DNA of 64,000 bases. Source: Octopus vulgaris (lineage: Eukaryota). The position numbers and the translations under genes are program-made. This document shows, one piece after another, positions 38,957-50,489 of the stretch. The DNA lies in assembly GCA_951406725.2 (NCBI GenBank), contig OX597832.1:3968001-4032000 (forward strand), in the 5' to 3' direction. Position 1 is the stretch's first letter; every line of letters begins with the position of its first letter. Under the pieces are notes generated by a model that had not been told where the DNA came from, did not search any database, and saw nothing but the letters and a program-made list of their open reading frames with translations.

Positions 38957-39900
38957 AGTGACTCAGCAATTAGAGCAAGGTCATCAGCATAGAGGAGATC
39001 CCAGGGGCATCCTGTCTTGAATTCCTCCGTTATTGCCTGGAGGACTATGGTAAATAGCAGGGGGCTGAGGACTGTACCTTGGTGGATCCCTTCATCTACT
39101 CGGAATTCTTCAGTGTACTCGTTGCCAACCCTCACCTTACTTACAGCATCCCTGTACATGGCTTGCACAGCTCTCACTAACCATTCATCTATCCCTAGTT
39201 TCCTCATTGACCACCAGATAAGGGATTGGGGGACCCTGTCAAAAGCTTTCTCCATGTCAATGAAAGCCAGCTAGAGGGGCTTATCTTTGGCTAGGTATTT
39301 TTCCTGCAGCTGTCTTATCAGAAATATGGCATCAGTGGTGCTTTTCCCTGGCATGAAACCAAACTGCATCTCATCCAAGCTGACTCTCTCCCTAATCAGT
39401 TGGGCTATGACCCTTTCCGTAACCTTCATTACCTGATCCAACAGCTTGATACCTCTGTAATTATTTGTATCTAAAGCGTCACCCTTACCTTTGTAGCAGT
39501 TGACTATTATGCTGCTACACCAGTCATTGGGTATGACTCCTTCATGTATCACCTGGTTAACTGTATGGGTGACTAGGCTATAGCCGACACTGCCAGATAT
39601 TTTAAGCATCTCTGCAGTAATTCCTGGTGGGCCTGGGGCTTTCCCTGTCTTCATGCTTCTAATTGCCTTAACTACCAAGGAACTGTCAACTCGGATAGCT
39701 GGTCCCTCTGTTGGGTCGACATTCAGCAGACTCTCTTTATCCCATTCATTTTCCTTACTCAGCAACCTTTCATAATGGTGTCTCCAAACCTCTCTCTTTG
39801 CATCCTCATTCAGCGTAAATGAACCATCATCCATGTGAACACATTTCTCTCCTACCACGTCACGATTCTCTCTCACACACTGTCTTGCAACACGAAATAT
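38957..39900 (-). pseudogene. RTE-clade LINE ORF fragment (reverse transcriptase) with one in-frame stop
   Basis: ORFs 39271-39876 and 38809-39255 are in one frame, joined by KDKPL*LAFIDMEKAFDRVP. Motifs GKAPGP, YKGKGD..NYRGIKLL, QFGFMPGKSTTDAIF, GIHQGTVLSPLLF and LLYADD. Confidence 0.95.
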
Positions 39901-39910
39901 TTATATATAT

Positions 39911-40710
39911 ATCATCATCATCATCATCATCGTTTAACGTCCGTTCTCCATGCTAGCATGGGTTGGACGGTTCGACCAGGGTTCTGGGAAGCCAGAAGGC
40001 TGCACCAGGCTCCAGTCTAATCTGGCAATGTTTCTACAGCTGGATGCCCTTCCTAACACCAACCACTCCGTGAGTGTAGTGGGTGCTTTTTACGTGCCAC
40101 CTGCACAGGTGCCAGGCGGGGCTGGCAACGGCCACGGTCAGATTGGTGTATTTTATGTGCCACCGGCACGGAAGCCAGTCGAGGCAGTGCTGGCATCGGC
40201 CACGAGTCGGATAGTGCTTTTTACGTACCACCAGACCAGGGATCCTGGCTGGTTCAATTCGATTTCGATTTCGCTTGCCCCAACATGTCTTCACAAGCAA
40301 AGGGGGTTGGCATGGGTGCCTGTCGTACAGTCGCATTGGAGTATTTTACGTGCCACGGCCGCGAGTCGGATAGTGCTTTTTACGTACCACCAGACCAGGG
40401 ATCCTGGCTGGTTCAATTCGATTTCGATTTCGCTTGCCCCAACATGTCTTCACAAGCAAAGGGGGATTGGCATGGGTGCTTGTCGTACGGTCACATTGGA
40501 GTATTTTACGTGCCACGGCCACGAGTCGGATAGTGCTTTTTACGTACCACCAGGCCAGGGATCCTGGCTGGTTCAATTCGGTTTCGATTTCGATTGCCCC
40601 AACATGTCTTCGCAAGCATGGGGGGTTGGCATGGGTGTCTGTCGTCGGGTGAGGTTCTATATCGACTTCGCTTGCCTCAACCGGTCTTTGCGTCCAAGGG
40701 AGGAAAGGCA

Positions 40711-40712
<2 letters not shown>
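39911..40712 (-). mobile_element. Young CpG-rich RTE-tailed non-autonomous element with a ~160-bp tandem repeat (x~2.8)
   Basis: (GAT)n tail at 39911-39930; near-identical units start at 40198, 40357 and 40517; flanked by (TA)n. Confidence 0.8.
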
Positions 40713-40765
<53 letters not shown>

Positions 40766-41009
40766 CATGTTCATTTGTGTATAATATGCACTTTATTTCC
40801 AGAGTTTTAAACTTATAAGTTAGGTTGGGTGTATTGTACACAAGAACTAAAAATACTCATTTTTCCCCAGCCTCATGTGCATGGATATATTTGGATGACA
40901 GAACTGGAAATAAGTTATATCTATTACCAAAGCTAATTGATGTACAACAAAGAGTTTAAATGACTATGACAAAGTTAAATTGTGCTACGATAGAGATATT
41001 TCCATCATA

Positions 41010-41230
41010 TTGGTTTCTAATTATGGCACAAGGCTAACTATTTCAGGGAATCAGTAAGTTGATTACATTGACCCCCCACTAGTGCTCAGCTGACACTTAT
41101 TTTATCAACCCTGAGAGAATAGAAGGAAAAGTTGATCTTGGCAGTATTTGAACTCAGAGCATAAAAACAGATAAAATGTTGCTAAGCATTTTGCTGGGCA
41201 TGTTAATGATTCTGCCAGTTTGCTGCCTTT
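41010..41230 (-). mobile_element. SINE family B
   Basis: GGCACAAGGC...GATTACATTGACCCC...TTTGAACTCAGAG...GCTAAGCATTTTG...GATTCTGCCAGTT. Confidence 0.7.
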
Positions 41231-42043
41231 ATGGCAGAGATAATATATTAAATATTTATTATGTTTTATATGTATACCTACATCAGAATCTATATCAATG
41301 AATGTCTTACTCGGTAAAAGAAAATCTTGCTCATAATTGTAGACATAAAGCAAATTGACATCGATAGCAATGGAACAATTGTGTGTCTTTTTCTATCTGA
41401 AGAGAAATTCATGCAATAGACACAATATGATTGCATGATTCCCACAATGTTAACTTTATAGTAAGTGCACTTTTATGGCATATACTTGTAAAGTTCAAAA
41501 GTCACTTTTGAATTTAGAATATGTTTCATTTATGGTCCATGTATTTTTCAAAGATTTTTTCATAAAGCAATTATAATAAATCTGGCTAAACACATTTCAC
41601 TAAACTGTTATAGTTAAAGGTTAACGCTAGTGATATTTTCCCAAGAATTTGTTTTACACATTATGCATGAGTGTGTATTATGAATAGATAAATATTGTAT
41701 ATTCATTCATTTTTATGTTCATTTTTCCATGTTAGCACAGGTTAGATGAATGTACAATTTCGAAACCCTGATTTATAGCTGGATACTATTCCTGTCACTA
41801 AATTTTACCTGTTTTTGAAGCTCGGGAGTTTTTCATTGCTCACATCTTTGAAAGTACTGGGCTATCAAATGATTTGTTGACAAAAAATGAAAGCAGAGAA
41901 CACCAATCATTGCACAGATAATCACAGAATGTAAACATTCTTACAGGCACAGACACACTCACATACACATACATACTCACACACATACACATATATACAC
42001 ATAGATATATATATGTGTATGTGTGTATGTATGTATGTATGTA

Positions 42044-42078
<35 letters not shown>

Positions 42079-43099
42079 ATTCAGTATTAGCAATAGAAGT
42101 ATTAGATCAGATTTGCAGGCAGTATATCATAACTGTTTAAAACCCTTGTTTTGAGAAAGCGTCTCCTAGAGACATATAGTGTTAAAAAACACAAAATATA
42201 TATCAGCAGCTGATGAAACTTGTCCAGCAGCAATTGTGGCATTGCTAAATCTGGATGTTTGCTTCTTTGAGCTCTATCAATAGCAAATATCTACTGGTAC
42301 TGCATGCTAAGTGGATATTAGCACCTAGCTGATATACATATATATATATATTAGTAACAGCAGCATTTTAATGTCCACTTTTCCATATTTGCAAGGATCA
42401 GACAAAACTATGATGGAACAGCGTTTCTACAACAGGATAAGCTTCCTGAAGCCAACAGTCATTTGTTTTCCAAGCAAGGTAATAATTCCCCCAGTCTATC
42501 GAAAAACAAATGATCTGGACATGGTTACACAGACAACTAGAAACAAATGACACTCATTGAATTAACATTTTGTTTACAAAGATTGCACATGTCAAGAAAC
42601 CCGGACATGCTTTTACAGACAAATGCAAGCAAAGGACTCTGTCTATATGAAAAGCAAGGTTGTTGTTTACAGTTAGCAAACTCATTGATTTTGCTGAGGA
42701 GGTCCTCTGTGCTGTCACACACATACACATACATATCATCATTTAGCGTCTGCTTTCTATGCTGGCATGGGTTAGACAGTTTGATTGGAAATAGTAAGCC
42801 GGAGAACTGCACCAAGCTCCAGTCTAATTTGGCATGGTTTCTACCGCTGGATGCTTTCCTAACACCAACCATTCCACAGAGTAGGTGCTTTTCATGTAAA
42901 ACTGAAACTGAAAGAGGCCCATTGTATATATATATGTATATATGCACGTGTGTCTTTATGTCTGTGTTTGTCCCCCTATCACCACTTGACAACTGGTGCT
43001 GATGTGTTTACATCCCTGTAGCTTAGTGGTTTTGCAAAAGAGACCAACAGAATAAATACATAAGAGACTGATGGGCTTAGTGTGTCTGTGGGTGTGTGT

Positions 43100-43690
43100 G
43101 TCCACTTGTTATAGTAGGGCGTCTACCTCTTATCAATCTAGTGGAGCATAAACAACTAAGGTCATGTTTAAGTAATCATTGTCGCATGTCAGTCTTAGGA
43201 GGAGGCCTAGTTCTTCAGTGTCAACACCATGAAACTCCACATCGCTCTTACTGGTCACCTCCACACATTTCTCCACAACAAAATCAACATCAATGGATGG
43301 GTATAGGGACCAATATGTCCATACTGTCTATAATGCATCCCGTCAGGGCGTAGGCATAGTTGCACTCATTGATTTTGCTGAGGAGGTCCTCTGTGCTGTC
43401 ACACACATCTGAGGACATTTTTATAAGAGGGTGTATGATCATTGAGAGGAAAAAGGAGAGCCAGTAGTTGTTGGCAATATTGGCTCTGCAGACTGATCTC
43501 ATTGGTGGTCCTGTCATTGGGTCAGTGGTCATCTTATGATCCTTACGCAGTCCATACAGTGCTGGGAAGTCATTGTTGGTGGCCTGAAAGATGTTGGCCG
43601 TGTGCTTCTTTGCCCCTAGGATGTTTGACCTCATCATCATATGAACATTGAGGATCTTCTTTCTCTCCTCATACTCAGTACTGACCCTAC
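43100..43690 (-). pseudogene. Penelope-like element reverse transcriptase, N-terminal fragment
   Basis: FPALYGLRKDHK..GPPMRSVC..YWLSFFLSMIIHPLI..DVCDSTEDLLSKIN..CIIDSMDI/(frameshift)LYPSIDVD..GVDTEELGLLL..RGRRPTITSG; matches the PLE pattern P.LYGL.K.HK...P.RP and S.D..ALYPSI. Confidence 0.8.
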
Positions 43691-43691
43691 A

Positions 43692-43749
43692 TATCTATCT
43701 ATCTATCTGTCTATATATATATATATATATATATACATACATACATACA

Positions 43750-43825
<76 letters not shown>

Positions 43826-43852
43826 CATACACACACACACACACACACACTG

Positions 43853-43930
<78 letters not shown>
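43692..43930. repeat. Compound (TCTA)/(TA)/(CA) microsatellite
   Basis: Directly visible; source of several spurious YI/TH ORFs. Confidence 0.95.
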
Positions 43931-43933
<3 letters not shown>

Positions 43934-44029
43934 CATATGTATATACATACATATGCACACATATAATTGGATACATACATATGAGTACAAATATATACAC
44001 ACTTGATATAATTTTCTAAACACATTTAG

Positions 44030-44880
44030 AATAGTGTACAAGATAGAACACTCTCACATCTTTCATTAAGTAATTTCTTCTTAGATGTTAATATCTGATA
44101 TAATTTATCTACACAAGGTTGCATCTAGCATCATTAATTTTGTACAATCTAGCTTGACTAAGTATTTTCCAATTTATGTCATATAATTTCCTACTATACT
44201 TCAATTTCCAAATTAGTTTACTCAGACTAATACTGTTAAACCTACCTCTATTCCTAAAGGTATACTCATGGTTTGCAATCCATTTTTTAATAAAATTTTC
44301 TATTGACCCTATGTAAAATAATTTTTCTGTTCCAAATCAACCATGCATCTATATACAATATTGTTCTGTAAGCAAAAATTATTAAAATTACATTTATCCT
44401 TCTATCTACAATTATAATTTCTAGCTAGATCACTCTCTGTAATAGGGTTATTATTTCTATAATTGTAAAAATTGTCTGATCTTTTTTTATTAAAAGAAGA
44501 GATAATTCTAAACAAATTTTTAGATACGGAAAAAACTATTCTAATACTTTTATTATTAATTATTTTATTATACTTATGTTCTTTATTAAAGTGCTTAGAT
44601 ATAAATCTGTAAGAAAGCTTAACCAAATTTGCTTTATTTGTCGTGTAAGGAATGATAAGCCAAATATAATTACCTTTATTATAACTGACATCATTAACTG
44701 TATCTGGGTTGGCATATGGAGTATGCTTATTATCCTTAGATTTAAGTCTATTTATATATTTATTTTTATACAGGGTGTAATTACTACACTTGTTCCTGTT
44801 AATATTATTACTATTGTTCATAATATCATTACTACTTACGAATAAATTGCATACATTTCCACTATTAGATCTATTCATAT
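44030..44880 (-). pseudogene. Penelope-like element C-terminus: RT thumb/linker plus GIY-YIG endonuclease (Naiad-like cysteine pattern)
   Basis: IWLIIPY..ISKHFNKEHKYNKIINNKSIRIVFSVSKNLFRIISSFNKK..NCR*KDKCNFNNFCLQNNIVYRC../FYIGSIENFIKKWIANHEYTFRN..SLSKLIWKLK..INWKIL..Y..RCNL..LLNER. Confidence 0.8.
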
Positions 44881-44928
44881 TACATAGGCATTTGAATTAA
44901 TTCTTTTACAATCCAGCCAACCTTTCAC

Positions 44929-45021
44929 AACCAAAGCTCCGATGAGACTTATATAAATGGATTGAATTGTTTATAAATCAAATAATGTATATAAGCCAAA
45001 ACAAATTGTTGGCTCTTGGTT
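44929..45021 (+). ncRNA. Type-I hammerhead motif (decayed), antisense to the adjacent PLE fragment
   Basis: Stem I AACCAAAGCT/GGCTCTTGGTT; CCGATGA; stem II GACTTATATA/TATATAAGCC; AAAAC (GAAAC with CpG-type change)-AAATT-GTT. Confidence 0.65.
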
Positions 45022-45241
45022 TTTAATGATTTTTTTATGTTATCTTATATTATATTCTATTCATAGTATATTATGTTATATTATAATATAAATTATTGGA
45101 TTATCAACCGTGTCTCTCTATTTAATTTATTGTTTGTAATTTGCATGATACCCATATTTATGTGGTACCCAATTGACATACTAGTGAATTAACTGTTGTA
45201 CACTCTCCTTTGAAGGAATTCCTTTCCTTGGTTTGTTACTT

Positions 45242-45290
<49 letters not shown>

Positions 45291-45317
45291 GTATATATAC
45301 AGAATGGAGCATGGAAA

Positions 45318-45396
45318 ATCCAAACTACATATGTTTCATAACAAGTGGTATATTCAAGTGAGGTATATACCAGCGGCTACTCTTCAGGCCAAGGAT
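45318..45396 (-). ncRNA. Type-I hammerhead motif with intact core
   Basis: Minus strand ATCCTTGGC-CTGAAGA-GTAGC.TGGTATAT[loop]ATATACCA.GTTAT-GAAAC-ATAT-GTA-GTTTGGAT. Confidence 0.7.
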
Positions 45397-45485
45397 ATCT
45401 TATTAGATTAAAGGCTACATTGTTGCAAGGAGGTACATACATATGTATATATATATGTATATATATATATATATATATATGATGA

Positions 45486-45544
<59 letters not shown>

Positions 45545-45551
<7 letters not shown>

Positions 45552-46670
45552 AATATCAGGAAATCAATATATCAGAAAATTCTTCAGAAAGATATATACA
45601 TCATCATCATCACCATCGTTTAACATCTGTTTTCCATACTAACATGGGTTGGATGGTTTGACCAGGGACTGGGAAGTCAGGAGGCTGCACCAGGCTCCAG
45701 TCTGATCTGGCAGTGTTTCTACAGCCGGATGCCTTTCCTAATGGCAACCACTCTGTGAGTGCTTTTATGTGCCACCGGCACGGATATCCCAACTCTAACT
45801 TCCATTTGAATTTAAAATAATTGTTGTATTAAAAATATAAATATATATAAATTTATATAAATATGTATAAGTATAAATATAAAATAATGACATTTTAAAA
45901 GTTTCGAATTAAGTTTTTAAATCATCTTATGATTGTTTTGCAGAAGTGCTATCCCTATAATGGATTCCTATATTGATAAGCATTTATAGACAACTCTTCT
46001 GCTCTTCAGAGATATAAAATTTGAATTTGCATAATTTATCGAATGGTAGTTTTTAAAAAATATGAAGTAATATGATAAAAGGGTGTTTGTTTGAAATATA
46101 AATTAAAAATTAAAAATTGCTACTTTTGATTTTGATAAGTTCACTTTAGTATGAGAGTCTTTAAATCCGTATATACTTCCTTGGTAAGTCTTCTGTAATA
46201 ATCCATGTATTATATAATGGATTTTACACATGACTATTGTGGATTATTACAGAAGAATTACCAAGAAAGTATATATGGATTTAAAGATTCTCATACTAAA
46301 GTGTACTTCACAAAATCAAAAGCAGTAATTTTTAATTTAATTTTATATTTCAAACAAACACTATTTTCCTATATTACTTCATATTTTAAAAACTATCATT
46401 CGATAGATTATACAAGTTTCACATTTTATATCCCTAAAGACCAAACGAGTTGTCTATAAAAGCATATCAATTATAGGAACAGCACTTCTGCAAAACGATC
46501 ATAAGATGCTTTAAAAACTTAATTAAAAACTTTTAAAATGTCATTATTATATATTAATACATATACATATTTACAAATATATTTATATTTTTAATACAAC
46601 AATTATTTTACACACATATATATATCTTTCTGAAGAATTTTGTTGTATTGATTTCCTGATATTAATAATA
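45545..46670. mobile_element. Head-to-head palindromic element (family H3), ~430-bp arms, one hammerhead per arm
   Basis: 45545-45598 plus 45812-46205 is the reverse complement of 46240-46670. Cores at 45923-46014(-) and ~46428-46508(+). An RTE-tail insert at 45599-45810 is in the left arm only. Confidence 0.8.
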
Positions 46671-46808
46671 ATATATTATATAAAATATATATAATCACTC
46701 GTATTAAATACATAAATACTTCAATACTATTAATGCTTTAATACAATAGAGCACTCAATATAAATTCAGTATATAATATTCTCATTGAAATATATATAGA
46801 TATATATA

Positions 46809-46846
<38 letters not shown>

Positions 46847-46985
46847 AATTATGAATTAATATATAAGTTGCTTATAAATTATATTTTATATATTTTGTAT
46901 ATTATATTAATTATTTTTATTTTTATGTTTTGGTTTATGTTTTTCACTGTTTGATTTGCCTGATAGTAGTTTTATCTCTAATTTA

Positions 46986-47035
<50 letters not shown>

Positions 47036-47052
47036 ATGTATGTATGTATGTA

Positions 47053-47096
<44 letters not shown>

Positions 47097-47098
<2 letters not shown>

Positions 47099-47495
47099 CA
47101 CAGGAGTGGCTGTGTGGTAAGTAGCTTGCTTACCAACCACATGGTCCTGGGTTCATTCCCACTGCGTGGCGCCTTGGGCAAGTGTCTTCTACTATAGCCT
47201 CGGGCCGACCGAAGCCTTGTGAGTGGATTTGGTAGACAGAAACTGAAAGAAGCCCGTCATGTATATATATGTGTATGTATATGTTTGTGTATCTTTGTTC
47301 CCCCAACATCACTTGACAACCGATGCTGGTGTGTTTACATCCCCGTCATTTAGCAGTTCGGCAAGAGAGAGACTGATACTGTACTAGGCTTACAATGAAT
47401 AAGTCCTGGGGTCGATTTGCTTGACTAGAGGCGGTGCTCCATCATGGCCACAGTCAAATGATTGAAACAAATAAAAAAGAATTAAAAAAAGAATA
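47097..47495 (+). mobile_element. SINE family A, full-length and least diverged copy
   Basis: A box TGGCTGTGTGG (~47107), B box GGTTCATTCCC (~47150), CCTTGGGCAAGT (resembles the start of a CORE domain), internal (TA/TG)n, A-rich tail. Confidence 0.9.
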
Positions 47496-47879
47496 CACAC
47501 ACACACTTCAGCAATGTCACTGCCCACATGCTGTTAGCGATTTCTTTTCCTTCTTTGTAGTTTTCCCTTTCTCCTTTCCATTGAAGAGCTATGCTCAAAA
47601 TGTCAAACTCTCTCTCTTTTCACCAAGCATCAAACTAATACATTTCTTGCGCACATCTTCTTGTTGTCTGTTAATTTTACTCATTTATTTGAATTGACTA
47701 TACATATATATAACCATGAAATATAGAATCATTTTTCAGCTTATCATACTTTGATACAGGAAAAATTCACAACCTTCAACACCAGTAAACCACTATTGTT
47801 CCTGAAAGTTGTTTTTTATATTTTCTATGGATTGCTTGAAGTGCACTTTCTTCCTACACCTCAATCTTTGGATCTTACA

Positions 47880-48325
47880 TGTGTCTTGGTTGATGGAAAT
47901 TACATGAAGTCTGTTTAGGTGCAGGTATGACTATAGGTGCAATATGGCTCTAAGTGCATGCATAGCTATAGGTGCAAGGTTGGCTACAGGCACAGGTATA
48001 GTTACAGATGTAGGCATGGCTGTATTGTCAAGAATTTCACTTTGGAACATGGTTAATGGTTCAATCCCACTCTAAGGACACTTGGCTATAAGATGAACTT
48101 CTTCAGTTTCCAGCATCCAGTTTCACTCACAGGTTATTGATTAACTCATAGTTATAGTATAGAGCACTAGCTAAGTGTCCTTAAAGTGAGATTGAACCTT
48201 TAACCATGTTGTTCCAAAGCAAAATTCTTAACGATACAGTCATGCATGCACTTAGGGCCATGTTGCACCTGTAGTTATACCTGCACCTAAACAGATTTCA
48301 TGCAACTTCCAACTACCAAGACATT
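47880..48325. repeat. Inverted duplication of a SINE-A head, its 18-bp head repeats and flank
   Basis: 47882-48088 is the reverse complement of ~48168-48323, with a different number of 18-bp units per arm. Confidence 0.75.
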
Positions 48326-49922
48326 ATATAGGCTTCTGCATCGTTTCCATCTAACAAATTTCACTTAAAATGCAGATGTCAACTTGAAGCTAAAGTAAAA
48401 GGCAATTGCTTAAGGTGCAATGGGCTGGGAACAAACAAGGACCCATATAGTCATGTGGCAAATTTATTAATTACATGATTATGCTTGTGTCCATATTCTC
48501 TTTCATTTGTTTCAGTCATCATAGCTAAGCCTATACTTGAGCACCATTTTCTCCACATAAGCAAATTTAATTGATACAAAATACTGAGCACTTGTATATT
48601 AAGAAATAGCTGAGTATTGGATGTATTACTTTATGTGTGCAGGTAAGAGATGAATCTGTTGGTGTGAACTGTATTTTTGAACCTGTTGTTTGTGAGGAAG
48701 GAAATAGAGTGACTTATTGATTGAGAAAACACACAGATCTTTCAAAATTTTACTAAGTCAAATCGGAGAACATTGAGACTTATAGTTGAGAGGATGTCTC
48801 TCTTATAGAGAGATGTATTACAAGTGATCCTCTTATAAGATTATCCAGCTGATCCTTGCATAGAGAGTAGACGTTAGAGTAACAGCAATACTTATAACAA
48901 TCACAATGCTACCATCAACAATGGAAGAGGGTAAGGAGGAGGCAGAGGAGTTGAGGATGAAAATAACAACGATTTGGTACGAGAGATGATGAATCAAAGC
49001 TCCTAGAATTATGTGATTCAAATTACTTTACTAATTGTAAACAAATCTTATAAAACCAAACAGATAACTAACCAGGTTTGCATTACAGCAAACAGGTTGT
49101 ATTTACCAAATGTATAGAATAGGCAGAGGGGCCTTACACACTAAATATTTCTATTGTTAGGAATGCACCCTTGATGCATGTCAGTGGTCACTGGCTTTAA
49201 GTTTAAGAAAGAAATATTTAGAAGCAGAAATCTATTAGAAAGAAGATATGGAATTTAAAAGATATTTCAGTTAATTCAAATCTCCAAACAGAACTAAGTG
49301 ATACTTTTGACAGAAAGGAAGAAATAGAGGAATGCTGATAGAAAGGAGGACTGGATGTTCATAAGAAAAAAACAAGGCTATTCTGATTTGAACAGGACAC
49401 CAATCATAGAATAGGCAACATGATTGTATAGTTGTAGAGTAGAAAGAGTTATTGAAGCAAAATGAATAAGCTTATAATAAGTGAAGAGAGTTGCTGTTGT
49501 TGTTTAAGCTAAGTCGCTCCTAAATGAGCTGATGATATGATCAAAGTCTTTCAGGTCCAACATCTTTTCCTGATGTACCCCAAACTGCATTATCCAATTT
49601 ATCCATCAATTTTCATTTTTAGTTGATTAGCTGCTATTCCTCACAGGTAATCCAACTGTTTAGAGGCTCCCTTTTTGGTCTGTGGCAGAATGTGTGTTTG
49701 TATCAAGCAGTTAGTCAAACACAAGGCATTAGGAGTATCGCACCAGAGGAAAACCAGATCCTCCCTTCATCATCATCATCGTTTAACATCTTTAGCAATT
49801 GGCAAAACTTATCATTTGGTGTCATTTTAATGTCCATTTTACCATGCTTACATGGGTCAGAGGGATCCATATAGATTGTCTATAGCTGGATGGCCTTCCT
49901 GTTGCCAACTCTCACCTGCTTC

Positions 49923-50390
49923 CATCATCATCATCATCATCGTTTAATGTCCGCTTTCCATGCTAGCATGGGTTGGACGATTTAACTGAGGACTGGCAAA
50001 CCAGATGGCTGCACCAGGCTCCAATCTGATCTGGTAGAGTTTCTACAGCTAGATGCCCTTCCTAACGCCAACCACTCCGAGAGTGTAGTGGATGCTTTTA
50101 CATGCCACCAGCACGAGGTCTAGTCAGGCGGTACTGGCAGCAGCCACGCTCCAATGGTGCTTTCTATGTGCTACCTGCACAGGAGCCAGTCCAGCGGTAC
50201 TGGCAACAACCTCGCTTGAATGTTTTTTTCACATGCCAGCAGCTCAAGTGCCAGAAGGTGATGAAGGTAGCGATCACGCTCAAATGGTGCTTTTTTATGT
50301 GCCATCAGCATGGAGGCCAGCTTGTTGCTCTGGCAACGATCACGCTCATATGGTACTCTTAGCGTCCCACTAGCATGGATGCCAAAAGGC
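49923..50390 (-). mobile_element. RTE-tailed element with ~43-bp internal repeats
   Basis: (CAT)n-CGTTTAATGTCCGCTTTCCATGCTAGCATGGGTTGGACG; repeated GGTGCTTTTYAYGTGCCACC...CTGGCAAC units. Confidence 0.75.
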
Positions 50391-50489
50391 CTTACACAAT
50401 ATTTTTCTCTGTAATCTAGTTTAGTGGAGCTAGGTTAAGATGAATGACAGTTTATGAGAGCTTTGCAAGCCATATTTACAAGCATTCAG

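Noticed and set aside
39271-39273. Programmed read-through of the in-frame TAG in the RTE ORF
   Set aside because: It is simply explained by a TAC/TAT-to-TAG nonsense change in a copy truncated at both ends.
39950-40810. 286-aa ORF, the longest in the window
   Set aside because: It lies antisense within a tandemly repeated non-autonomous element and ends in (TA)n; no recognisable domain.
42195-42335. CTGATGA followed by nested hairpins
   Set aside because: No GAAA...UH after the stem, so I did not call it a hammerhead.
43100-44880. A single PLE with GIY-YIG upstream of RT (permuted order)
   Set aside because: The GIY-YIG piece has its own RT-thumb sequence upstream and a very different base composition; two separate fragments divided by a microsatellite are more likely.
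48620-49500. Purine-rich stretch (also 32520-32990) suggestive of old LINE remnants
   Set aside because: Only isolated weak motifs; too decayed to assign by eye.
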